DNA of 63,137 bases, the filler included. It is 3 parts of 3 records of this genome, joined end to end, with 100 filler letters (N's around TTAATTAATTAA, not from the genome) between each part and the next. Parts side by side here need not be neighbours in the genome. Positions count along the whole stretch, not along the records: positions 26,653 to 46,465 come from SRR20825019_538; 2 more parts are not named here. The stretch is one strand, 5' to 3'. The notes beneath the pieces are model-generated. The model saw nothing but the letters and a program-made list of their open reading frames with translations. It did not search any database and was not told the DNA's origin. Shown here in pieces: positions 33,143 through 42,188 of this stretch. Both the position numbers and the translations under genes were made by a program. How positions within the stretch are numbered: position 1 is the stretch's first letter; each line of letters opens with the position of its first letter.

Positions 33143-33502
33143 TTACTGACGCGTAAATCCGCCATTGAATTTGTAGTATTTGAAGTTGGAGAGAAACATT
33201 TGGTCGTTTGCGAACTTGATTTGACCAACCGCATCGCCTTTAGGCTGATTAGCGAGGAAAAGTTCAAGCTCTAACTCTTCAGGTGTTTTGTCCAGAATCT
33301 TCCACTTTAAAGAATATCTGAACGCATCACCAACGAACGACGCTTCGCCGGTATTGTCGGGTGCCAGAGTGATGCTCTCCACCCATTCCGACTTCCACGT
33401 GCCAACAATCTTCTCAGCGGTCGAATCATCGTCAATACATGCCGCTAAGACCAAAACCAACGCGCCAACAACACCAGCCTGAATGAAACGTTTCATCTTC
33501 AT
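33143..33502 (-). CDS. hypothetical lipoprotein (beta-rich)
   Basis: MKRF...VLAAC lipobox; KIVGTWK motif. Confidence 0.75.
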   Translation of the reverse strand: MKMKRFIQAGVVGALVLVLAACIDDDSTAEKIVGTWKSEWVESITLAPDNTGEASFVGDAFRYSLKWKILDKTPEELELELFLANQPKGDAVGQIKFANDQMFLSNFKYYKFNGGFTRQ

Positions 33503-33565
33503 CCCCAATCAGAAAAAACACGGTCAAAAACGTTGCCGCCGGACAACACAGCGTCCGGCAATCGA

Positions 33566-33591
33566 GTGACAGAATGCCCAATTCGGTCACA
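33566..33591. repeat. left inverted recombination site
   Basis: GTGACAGAA-TGCCCAA-TTCGGTCACA; its reverse complement matches 34284-34309 at 25/26. Confidence 0.85.
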
Positions 33592-33634
33592 GGCGCAGGT
33601 TGAGTTGAGTATCATTGTAGGCGGGGATGAAAGA

Positions 33635-34249
33635 TTGACCGACGAAGGAGATGAGGCGTTCAAGCAGGAGACACACGGCTTAACAAACCTGGACCTAATC
33701 GACGCCAGAGGGCGCCGTAAGTACCTGAACGCTGCTGAGCGGCGCGCGTTTATCGCCGCCGCGCGCAAGCGCGAGCACGAGGTTTTCATGCTGTGCTGGT
33801 TGCTGCATGACACCGGCTGTCGGCTCTCTGAAGCTTTGGCGCTCACGCCAGAGCGGATCGACCATGCAGGTCAAATGATCATCTTCGAAAGCCTGAAAAA
33901 GCGTCGCCGGGGGATATATCGCGCGATCCCGTGCTCTCCTAAATTGATCAACGCGCTCCGCACCATGGCGACCAACAATGAATTGCCCATCTGGCCCTGG
34001 CACCGGATGACGGCCTATCGGCGGATCAAGGAACTCATGGCCGAAATCGGCGTACATGGCCCGCATGCAAGCTCACGCGGGCTGCGGCACGGCTTTGGTG
34101 TGGCGGCGGTTGAAAGCGGCGTGCCGCTCAATCTGATCCAGCGCTGGCTAGGACATGCCCGGATGGAGACGACCGCGATCTACGCGGATGCGGTTGGCGA
34201 AGAAGAAATCAAGATCGCCAGCCGATTGTGGACACGATTCACGGAATAG
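33635..34249 (+). CDS. FimB/FimE-like small tyrosine recombinase (catalytic domain only)
   Basis: RKYLN, TGCRLSE, LKKR, GLRHGF, WLGH and TAIY; start uncertain, TTG 33635 chosen. Confidence 0.85.
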   Translation: MTDEGDEAFKQETHGLTNLDLIDARGRRKYLNAAERRAFIAAARKREHEVFMLCWLLHDTGCRLSEALALTPERIDHAGQMIIFESLKKRRRGIYRAIPCSPKLINALRTMATNNELPIWPWHRMTAYRRIKELMAEIGVHGPHASSRGLRHGFGVAAVESGVPLNLIQRWLGHARMETTAIYADAVGEEEIKIASRLWTRFTE

Positions 34250-34282
34250 TGAATCGGCGCTCTGAAAATACACGCTTGAACC

Positions 34283-34311
34283 GTGTGACCGAATTGGGCA
34301 TTCGGTCACAC
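34283..34311. repeat. right inverted recombination site
   Basis: GTGTGACCGAA-TTGGGCA-TTCGGTCACAC: perfect 11-bp arms with a 7-bp asymmetric spacer. Confidence 0.85.
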
Positions 34312-34533
34312 ATAAAAAAGCACTCAGATTCCGCCGTTGCTATGGATTATTGTACCTTAAACGGGCCAGGAGCATCTGGTCTTAGATTCCACAGTGCAGC
34401 AAATGCCACATGCGCGATTGTGGTCGTGATCGATAACCGAGGCCATCGCCCCGAATACCCCAAAGTCTCCCAAGCCAACAAAATCGTCTGAGCTTTGGCC
34501 GTGTCCCAAGAGAACCGCCGGTCAGCCCATTCT

Positions 34534-36594
34534 TCAGTAAGATCCTGGTGCGAAAAACATCTCTAGGAGTTGGCTAAAGTTCTGATTTTCTAAGCGCTGT
34601 CTAAGTGCCTGGACCGCTTCGGCATCACCGAGCTGTTCTGCCAGGTTAAGGGCAGTTTGTGTTGTCCTGATCGTCGGGCGCAATTCGACCGCCTTCAAAA
34701 AGTCTCTGAGTGCAGCCGACGGATCAGACTCGCGACGAGTCTCTGCACGTTTGCGATATGCTAACTCCAACATCCTAAAAAGTCGCCGTTGTGTCTCGTC
34801 AGCCACGACACCAGTGTTCTGCGATTTTTGGCCTTCTTCAAGCGCTTCGGAGATCTCTTCAATGGCAGTGTCGAAAGACTCCGTGGCCTCATTCAGAGCA
34901 TTCGTCTCGATTTCAAAGAGGCCCTGAAAAACTCGCCACTCTGGAGAATTGGGATACGAAACCCTGATCTTGTCCACAAGAGACTCAGCGCGATCCACGC
35001 GACCTTGTTCTAAGAAAGCCGCGAACATGACTTGCAGTTCCTGTCCGGTTAGTGTCCTGAGATCTCCTGAAGACACACCTTGTCGATGATAATCCTCAGG
35101 TCCGCGGAGAGCAATACCACAGGTTGTCGCGAAAGCATCAAGGAAAGCAAGGCGGTCCGCTATTGCAGCAGCAGCAACACTGTCGCCACTGGGTACTTCC
35201 CCCAACAACGCAGCAGCTTCCGTGAGATGTTCTTCCGTGCGACGCACGTGTTCGCACCCCTGAGTAGAAAGAAATGCCTGAGCGAAAGTCAGCTGAATAC
35301 GCGCGTCCATTCGCTTGTGAGGAATGGCAGAAAAGAATATCTCAGGGAAATCTTCGTCGCCAACCGTCGAGATTCCATTAATAACCTGAATAAACTCTTC
35401 TCGACTTAAGATAACCAGACGACGAGATTCTCCGTCATAGCGGATGTGTGCTTTCGCATCGATGAGATTCCGGCCCTCAAGTAAGAAGATGTCATCAGGC
35501 CAAGGATCGACGAATGCGATTTCGCTGGTCTGACGGTCAACACTGAATACCGTGGTCATGTGACTTGAAAACAAATCGGACAGATAAACGAGATCTCCGG
35601 GTCGAACAATTGACCAAATCTCAGTCGCCGAGAGGTAGGCGCCAGTTGGTGATGGTGTTCGCGTGCCTTCTACATAGAATGGATAAAGCACTAACGGGCG
35701 GCCAATAGTCCTGCGTCCCGCCGCTGCCATCATACGGGCGTTGGCTGTGGTCACTTGATGAAACGCGTCGGGAGTCTTTGCGCCAGGATCGGAGTCGCTT
35801 GGATGGCCAACGCGATCTTGCAATAGGAACATGCTGCGTAGGAAGAAATCGATGTGATAGGCGATCCTCTCGTCGCGGTCCGCTGATGGGCCCGCGACCT
35901 CGGTCACATGCCCCCGCCGCAGCGGTTCCGACGCAGAAGAATGAAGCAAGTTAGCTGGGTCCGCTAGACTGCTGACCCAGAGTAGGTCAACAGCATCGCG
36001 CCGCAGCTTCATTAGTGCCAGAGACCCTCTAGGGTAGAGTTTGTCGCTTAGTGAGGCGCCAAGGGCAATTGAAGCTTTCGTCGGGCTAAGATGCCGAGCA
36101 ATACGCAGGTACATGTAGCCTTCAGCGTGCTGGCTGACATCTTGGTCGGACAACAGGGATCGACCAAGTTCGATCATAGCGTCTGTATTGGAGCGGTCCG
36201 CTGCCTCGCGAAGCCAGTGGCGTGCCATTTTTTCGTCAGGAGGTCCACCATCTCCTTTGAGGTAGCTCACAGCAAGATTGCGCTGTGCTTGTGAGCTTCC
36301 TCTCTTCGCGGCAATGATCCACCATCTCCTAGCCTTTGCGAAATCCGGAGCCGCCCCAACCATTCCTTGAGCGTAAATAACTCCAAGAAATGTAGCCGCC
36401 CGCCTTGAACCACGGTTCGCCAGGTCGCGAAGGAGAGGTTCTGCAGTAACGAAGTTTTTGGCTTGAATAGCTAGCGTCGCCTGCTCCCACACCGGATCAT
36501 TACGTCGGTCGATGTCGATTTCGGAACTGAAGGCTACGCCATGCAAGAACATTGGAACGATGACTAAAATCAGCCTTGGCAGAGCTTTCTTCAA
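34534..36594 (-). CDS. secreted Sel1-repeat / TPR protein with an uncharacterised central domain
   Basis: Signal peptide; LGVIYAQG...A..W...AA.RG and LAVSYLKGDG Sel1 repeats; C-terminal TPR-like helices. Confidence 0.75.
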   Translation of the reverse strand: MKKALPRLILVIVPMFLHGVAFSSEIDIDRRNDPVWEQATLAIQAKNFVTAEPLLRDLANRGSRRAATFLGVIYAQGMVGAAPDFAKARRWWIIAAKRGSSQAQRNLAVSYLKGDGGPPDEKMARHWLREAADRSNTDAMIELGRSLLSDQDVSQHAEGYMYLRIARHLSPTKASIALGASLSDKLYPRGSLALMKLRRDAVDLLWVSSLADPANLLHSSASEPLRRGHVTEVAGPSADRDERIAYHIDFFLRSMFLLQDRVGHPSDSDPGAKTPDAFHQVTTANARMMAAAGRRTIGRPLVLYPFYVEGTRTPSPTGAYLSATEIWSIVRPGDLVYLSDLFSSHMTTVFSVDRQTSEIAFVDPWPDDIFLLEGRNLIDAKAHIRYDGESRRLVILSREEFIQVINGISTVGDEDFPEIFFSAIPHKRMDARIQLTFAQAFLSTQGCEHVRRTEEHLTEAAALLGEVPSGDSVAAAAIADRLAFLDAFATTCGIALRGPEDYHRQGVSSGDLRTLTGQELQVMFAAFLEQGRVDRAESLVDKIRVSYPNSPEWRVFQGLFEIETNALNEATESFDTAIEEISEALEEGQKSQNTGVVADETQRRLFRMLELAYRKRAETRRESDPSAALRDFLKAVELRPTIRTTQTALNLAEQLGDAEAVQALRQRLENQNFSQLLEMFFAPGSY

Positions 36595-37307
36595 TTCACG
36601 CTCCCCTTTTGTATGACCAAAACCGATCCCAGCGGAACAGACTTTATCTTCCCGTCCGTATCGAACATCAACGTCAGTCGAATGCGCGTTGATGTACTTG
36701 CCAATGAACGAATGACACCATTGATTATTTCGACATCGTCGTTCGGATTAAGGGTTATGATAAGCGGAGGGGTCGTATTCATTAAATTTTCGACGTTACG
36801 ACCTCGAGTGGTTCTACTATCGGCAAGAGTCCATGTAACAGATTGCGCAGATTCATCATTCAGGACCGCCAAAAAACCGTGACTTACATTGGCACCTTGT
36901 GGTGGTAACTCTTCTAAATTCACCGCGCTTGGTGTCGAGTTAATCGAGGATTCGGCGATATCAACCTTAAGCCCACGGATGAGGATTGAAGCATCAGAGC
37001 ACTGATTGTGCCTGATTGGGACCTGGATCATAAATCCTTCGACGAACGCTAATTCGCCGTCTTCTGTCTTCCTGGGCTCAAGACCCGCGAGAGGACTCAC
37101 GGAATTTTGCACCTCTAGCGTCTCAACTATAAGGTCAGCACCCTGCCAGCACCGAACTACCTCGAAGTCTTCAAGGAAACTAGCCATGATCGCGAAGACA
37201 GCGATGATAACTAGCAAAACTAGTCCTATCCGACTGTTTTTAAAACGCTGAGCGGCAAGATCAGTTCGCGTAGGTTTTTCATCTGCCATCGGTCCTCGCA
37301 CGGTCAT
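36591..37307 (-). CDS. hypothetical membrane-anchored protein
   Basis: Single N-terminal TM helix; 4-nt overlap with the Sel1 gene. Confidence 0.7.
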   Translation of the reverse strand: MTVRGPMADEKPTRTDLAAQRFKNSRIGLVLLVIIAVFAIMASFLEDFEVVRCWQGADLIVETLEVQNSVSPLAGLEPRKTEDGELAFVEGFMIQVPIRHNQCSDASILIRGLKVDIAESSINSTPSAVNLEELPPQGANVSHGFLAVLNDESAQSVTWTLADSRTTRGRNVENLMNTTPPLIITLNPNDDVEIINGVIRSLASTSTRIRLTLMFDTDGKIKSVPLGSVLVIQKGSVN

Positions 37308-37458
37308 ATTTTCGGATTAAACGAGAACAGGCGCTAACCAGCCTTTGACTTTCCTATCATTGATTGAATCATGGTGAGTGTCCAGCGAAAGAAATCTCCG
37401 ACACGAACCTGAGTATTCGCGGCCCCGCCGCTAGATTGGGTGCGCTTTCCCGATTCCA

Positions 37459-37668
37459 CTAGTGCTCTTCCAGATAGTCTTCAGCAGCAGCCTTTATGTC
37501 CTCGATGGTGGCGCCGTCGCGCATCGCGGCGAACACCATCTTACGTGCCCGTCCTTCGTCCTTGGGATGGCTCGCAAATGGCGCGTTCATGAAGGCGAAC
37601 CCGCCAGCCAGCCAGTGCCGCCAATCCTGAAGCCGATCATCGGCATCTTTTGAGTCGGACACACTCAC
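37459..37668 (-). CDS. small hypothetical protein
   Basis: AAGGAGG RBS at a GTG start; plausible amino-acid composition. Confidence 0.5.
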   Translation of the reverse strand: MSVSDSKDADDRLQDWRHWLAGGFAFMNAPFASHPKDEGRARKMVFAAMRDGATIEDIKAAAEDYLEEH

Positions 37669-37982
37669 CTCCTTCGCATGAACCGCAAGATTCTGAAGCG
37701 CTTATTTTTCAAGTTTCCAGCTTAAACCGGACCTATCCGGCTGTGCCAAGGTCGCCGTCCGTTTCTGCCCGCTCCATGCGCTGACGCTCCCGTGTTGAAC
37801 CGGACTGCATAGCTGCCCCAAGGGGCGGCTCTCTTGGCGCCGTCAATGCCGGTGGTCCCGACCGATCAGCCCGTCGTCCTTCTCCGGGCTACTTTTTCTC
37901 GGTCGCTCGCCGCTGGGCAGGAAAGCAAGCGCGGGGGCCACGGCCAGAGCCCGTGCCAAACAAAGAGAAGGAAATAAGTACG

Positions 37983-38504
37983 ATGAATACCTATCACGCA
38001 ACCCCATACGACATCACCGCGAGCGGCTTCTATTTTCAAAGCCTTGAAGAGTACGACGCCAAGGCGGCGGCCCATCGTAATGAGCATGGCCAACCGGTCG
38101 AGGAGTATGAAATCCAATTTATTGATGGCGATGCGGACGACTGTGCCTTGTTCAAGGCTCTATCGGTAAGCCAGGCCACGCTTGAAGCATGGTTTGACGA
38201 ATTCGAAGGCCAATACGACGGCATAGAGCTGATCAAGGTACTGTTCCTCGTATCCGACCAAGGGTTGAGCATGGCCGACATCTACCCGCGCCGCTTTGAT
38301 GATGTGATGGTGTTCGAGGGCACGATGCGCGACTACGCCGAGCAGTATCTTGAGGATAGCGGCATCATCTATGCCGTCGAAAAAGCGGGGCTAAACCGCT
38401 TCTACATCGACGTTGACGCATATGCGCGGGATATCGAGTTGGAAGGCATGGCGGTAGCGTTTGAGCATGGCGGAATGGCCTATATTGTTGAAGATATGAT
38501 CTGA
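37983..38504 (+). CDS. ardA: antirestriction protein ArdA
   Basis: Very acidic; HATPYDITASGFYFQSLEEY...PVEEYEIQFIDG...YIDVDAYARD. Confidence 0.85.
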   Translation: MNTYHATPYDITASGFYFQSLEEYDAKAAAHRNEHGQPVEEYEIQFIDGDADDCALFKALSVSQATLEAWFDEFEGQYDGIELIKVLFLVSDQGLSMADIYPRRFDDVMVFEGTMRDYAEQYLEDSGIIYAVEKAGLNRFYIDVDAYARDIELEGMAVAFEHGGMAYIVEDMI

Positions 38505-38843
38505 TAGCGAAGCCCCAATCAAACGGCTATCAGTTCTGGGTGCTGCGACATCAAATCACAACCATTGAAAACAATAAAACTCTCCGGCTCTTAAATATAG
38601 TTTCGCAACCGTTAAGAAACAGAAGGAAAAAATTTCACATAATAAAATAAAAATGTTATTTTTCATTTTTTTCTATTTTTAATTAGCAAAATGACTTTAA
38701 TTTTACCTTTATACCTTTTATAAATTTCTAGATATAGTTTTGTCTGAAAGTAGAAATGCGATCTACGCGTCATCGTGCCTCAAATTGAGATACATGACGA
38801 GATTCAGGGAGGACGCTTCTGATCAAGCACACGTTTTTTCGGC

Positions 38844-38871
38844 CACCCCTCGCTTTTCGCGAGGGGTGTTT
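38844..38871. terminator. 10-bp stem hairpin
   Basis: CACCCCTCGC-TTTTC-GCGAGGGGTG followed by TTT. Confidence 0.55.
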
Positions 38872-38880
38872 CCGTTTCTA

Positions 38881-39141
38881 TTATCGCCGAATTCGAATGA
38901 TCTCTCCGCTTTTTAAAAGCCTTTCGAATTTACTGATTACATATTGATAAAAAGAAACCAGCCTATATTCCCCAATTTCTTCCGGCGCCTTCCTAGTTGC
39001 AGATAACATTAAGAATCTCCGGCCTGAATCGAAAGAAAATACACTAGAATTATTCTTATGCTTAGTGTGGCCGGGCATAATAAACTCTGGCACAGCCACA
39101 GTAAGCCCGATGTAAGGCAGCATTTCTTTAAACGCCTTCAT
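38881..39141 (-). CDS. small basic hypothetical protein
   Basis: 86-aa ORF in an AT-rich block, ending just before a hairpin. Confidence 0.45.
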   Translation of the reverse strand: MKAFKEMLPYIGLTVAVPEFIMPGHTKHKNNSSVFSFDSGRRFLMLSATRKAPEEIGEYRLVSFYQYVISKFERLLKSGEIIRIRR

Positions 39142-39255
39142 TCTTTTAGTTCTATTTTTAGGATATCTCCCTTCAACACCCGCAGCGCGCTCAAAGGGAT
39201 TTCTACTTACTTTATTCTCCCTAAAATGGTATCAATGAATCGTGCTTGAGATTGG

Positions 39256-39504
39256 ATGAAGGACGGATACCACATGGGAAATCGAGTGAAATCAGCAGCA
39301 ATCCATAAGAAATCCGAACCCGCACATGGACCGAGAAGACCTGTCCCTGAGACAGGAGAGAGAATTGAACAATGTTTCATCGATTTTCAACGTGATGAGA
39401 GTCCGTTGGGAGAGTTTTTTGGAAAAAGAAAGCTCTCCGTTCACGAGCTTCAGAGAATTTTGTGGGAACACGCGAATCAAAAGAAGTTGCTGGACTACGA
39501 ATAG
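39256..39504 (+). CDS. half-SWIB-like small protein A
   Basis: IDFQRDESPLGEFFGKRKLSVHELQRILWEHANQKKLLD; paralogous to 40719-40901. Confidence 0.6.
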   Translation: MKDGYHMGNRVKSAAIHKKSEPAHGPRRPVPETGERIEQCFIDFQRDESPLGEFFGKRKLSVHELQRILWEHANQKKLLDYE

Positions 39505-39519
39505 TATCGGTCTCGTCAA

Positions 39520-40680
39520 ATGAGCTTTAATGATTGGTCGCGCAAACGTGCGAAAGAGAATAGATTTTCGCAACACGCATCTTTTTTGCCGTCACAGTAT
39601 CCAGATTGTTTTAGGCGCGCTCTATCACGCATGTCCTTCTTACTTAATTGCGACACGGGTAAGGTCAAGAATGCACAAGTTAGCCTAGAAGACTCAGACA
39701 TCGACCTTGCAGCATATTTGGACAGCGCCCGTATCACTCATAGCCTCTGGGCTCTTTCTTGTTCCGACTTCAAGGACGAAACTGTTGCAAAATTGGCGAT
39801 GGCTAAGGAAGACGAAGCCAACGATCATTTTTACGGCTTCTTTAACATCCGTCGTAGGCGGAGAAAGACTGATTATCTCAAAATCACCCTACAGATTCCC
39901 GAACTATTCGTTGATCTCAGTTATGACGGTTTTCATATGCCTAGATATCCGCGAAAAGAGATGAACCTAGAAGGTTTGAACGATCCAGAATTTGAGATGA
40001 GATGCGCGACCAATTACCTGTTGCGTAATTTTTGGCACAATTTTATCCACGAAGTATTTCACAATACTACCCACCTCAATTATCACCTTTTTTCTGGATC
40101 GGCTCGTGACGAATCAGATTTTGAGGCAGACAATTTGTCCTATCTGCTACTAGCTAAGTCCTACGGATTGCCGGTTATTTCAGACGGCAACATCAAGCCG
40201 GAACAATCCCAAAGTATCGTAAGAATGCTTCGAATGAACCGTTGCAACGATGTGTTTCGCCGCCGCGCTAGCTTACGCCAGTCCAGAGAAAAAGATAAGA
40301 ACCCTAAGGATATTGCACAACTGCTAGAATACGAGTGGAGAGTCCGTCGCTCTCTCTCCGGTTATATCGCAGGGTGGTTCTTAACAGCTGGATTTGCGTT
40401 GACAGACATCAAAGTTCATTTCGTTGGAGATATTGAATACTCCAAAAAATCGGGGATAGTACGTAAGTTAGATGGCGTTGTTTTCGCATTGAATCGTGCG
40501 CACTTTTCGTACAGGCCGACTGGCAATACTGTCTCTAGTATTGACCGTGATGTCTACAAATCAATTTCCCAATGGCTCGAAATTGAGTACCGCAATTTCA
40601 TGAACGATAATCTTCACTATCGAGACTCGGTTTCAAATTACTTGAGTACTTTTTGCCAGAGAATTTCCATCCCAAATTAA
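39520..40680 (+). CDS. HExxH zinc-metallopeptidase-like hypothetical protein
   Basis: FIHEVFH...ESDFEADNLSYLLL (zincin motif with a downstream ExxAD-like motif). Confidence 0.65.
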   Translation: MSFNDWSRKRAKENRFSQHASFLPSQYPDCFRRALSRMSFLLNCDTGKVKNAQVSLEDSDIDLAAYLDSARITHSLWALSCSDFKDETVAKLAMAKEDEANDHFYGFFNIRRRRRKTDYLKITLQIPELFVDLSYDGFHMPRYPRKEMNLEGLNDPEFEMRCATNYLLRNFWHNFIHEVFHNTTHLNYHLFSGSARDESDFEADNLSYLLLAKSYGLPVISDGNIKPEQSQSIVRMLRMNRCNDVFRRRASLRQSREKDKNPKDIAQLLEYEWRVRRSLSGYIAGWFLTAGFALTDIKVHFVGDIEYSKKSGIVRKLDGVVFALNRAHFSYRPTGNTVSSIDRDVYKSISQWLEIEYRNFMNDNLHYRDSVSNYLSTFCQRISIPN

Positions 40681-40708
40681 AACACCCGCGTATTAACGCG
40701 GGTGTTTT
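40679..40708. terminator. bidirectional terminator
   Basis: Perfect 13-bp stem AAAACACCCGCGT-ATTA-ACGCGGGTGTTTT between convergent genes. Confidence 0.85.
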
Positions 40709-40718
40709 CTCGATTGTC

Positions 40719-40901
40719 TTATGGGATTTCATTAAACCGAATAGCATTGTTGCGATTTAGGAAAAGCCAGAGTAATCGTTGAGCCTCCCTCACAGTGATT
40801 TCTCGGTGGCCAAACACGTCCTTCATAGTTTCGCCTCCAAGAAACGAAAAATCGATTGTTGATTCACTAAACTGTTCACCATAGAACTTGTCTTTTCTCA
40901 T
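40719..40901 (-). CDS. half-SWIB-like small protein B
   Basis: GGAG RBS; IDFSFLGGETMKDVFGHREITVREAQRLLWLFLNRNNAI. Confidence 0.6.
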   Translation of the reverse strand: MRKDKFYGEQFSESTIDFSFLGGETMKDVFGHREITVREAQRLLWLFLNRNNAIRFNEIP

Positions 40902-40969
40902 CAAGACTCCAAATAAAAAGAACAAAAAGATAAAATCTAAACTCATCCTATATTAGTAATTATTTCCTG

Positions 40970-41260
40970 TCAATTATTTTTTACTTTAGGATTATTTGCA
41001 ATTATTACGTAGCAGCCGTCGCGAGATTTCAGAACTGCACGGTCGAGCCCGGGGGCAATTGCCCGATGGAGTTGGACGGTGAAGGTGTTGCTGGTCTCGG
41101 CGATCGCGTGGCCGATGGTGTGTTTGCCAGCTTTGAGGATGTAGGCGCTGGGGCCGCGTTTGTGATCGCGGGTGATGGTGACCTGCGCCTGTAAAGTTGC
41201 GGTTGAGATCAGGCCGCGATAGCCGTCACCATTTTTGAAAAATGTCCCGATGGTTGCCAT
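40970..41260 (-). CDS. DUF736-like protein
   Basis: MATIGTF.K.GDGY.G.I.T N-terminal signature; GGAGG RBS. Confidence 0.65.
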   Translation of the reverse strand: MATIGTFFKNGDGYRGLISTATLQAQVTITRDHKRGPSAYILKAGKHTIGHAIAETSNTFTVQLHRAIAPGLDRAVLKSRDGCYVIIANNPKVKNN

Positions 41261-41504
41261 TCTAGAGCCCTCCATTTGAGTTGTGGCGACCGGATGACGG
41301 CAACCGGGTATAGCTTTCGGCCATGCGGCCCGAATTGGCCGCACATTCGCTCGATATCACGGCCCGGCTTGCTGTCAGCTGTTGGATTGTGTTGGCAATT
41401 GCAGTGCTGTTTTGGTAGTCTTTTATCGTTATAAAAATACACGTCATTTCTTGTCGCTTGCGCTATTCCCCATAAAATTAAGCATAATTGTACATTACAT
41501 AAAG

Positions 41505-41612
41505 CAGGCAAGATGTATTTTGGGCTACAAAAACTATATCGCACTCAGGCCGCATGGCCTGTGACCGCCACGCCCGGCAGGGCTGGCTGCGATGTGTTTT
41601 CTGCCCAAAACC
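41505..41612. promoter_or_regulatory. candidate oriT region
   Basis: Minus-strand TACATCTTGCC resembles the MOBP nic consensus YATCCTG/Y; lies upstream of mobC. Confidence 0.4.
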
Positions 41613-41690
41613 GCGAGCGCATTCGACGATCCCTACGGGGACATCTCAAGCGCGCGGCTCTTGCTCCTGCGGAGGGCGTAAGGGGGCGGC

Positions 41691-42188
41691 ATGGCTAGGC
41701 CAAAGAAAGCACCTCAAGATAAGCGCACCCAAGTCGTGAACATCCGGTTCACCGAAGCGGAGCTGGAACAGCTCAACGGGCTTGCGCAGGACGCAGGCAT
41801 GCCAACACGGCGTTATATCCGCGAAACACTGCTTGGGCGGCGGCCTCGGGCGAAGCCTGCCAACACCCTGCTCTTTCAGAAGCTGCTCTATGAGCTGCAA
41901 TCCATCGCGACGAACTTCCAACAACTGGCCGATGCGCTGGATGACGATAGCTACCTTGAATGGGCACGTTACGCGGGCGGGACCCTAGTTGAGATGCTGA
42001 TTGGCCGCGATGACCTATCGCCTCTGATCGAAGAGCAGATGGACGAGATCAACGCCGCCGGTCATGCCGTTAATGCACTCGCACGGCGCGCGAACAGTGA
42101 CGCAGAGATCACCCGAGACGACCGGCTCGATACGCTGCGCGCCGCTCGCCTCGCTCTTGAGCCGCTGCATCAGGCCGCTGCAAAATGA
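41691..42188 (+). CDS. MobC-like relaxosome accessory (ribbon-helix-helix) protein
   Basis: RTQVVNIRFTEAELEQL...YIRETLL RHH; ELQSIATNFQQLA and EINAAGHAVNALAR resemble the MobC LxxxGxNLNQ motif. Confidence 0.75.
   Translation: MARPKKAPQDKRTQVVNIRFTEAELEQLNGLAQDAGMPTRRYIRETLLGRRPRAKPANTLLFQKLLYELQSIATNFQQLADALDDDSYLEWARYAGGTLVEMLIGRDDLSPLIEEQMDEINAAGHAVNALARRANSDAEITRDDRLDTLRAARLALEPLHQAAAK

Noticed and set aside
37369-37461. Possible stop-codon read-through of the 37459-37668 ORF
   Set aside because: The downstream in-frame peptide has no supporting features
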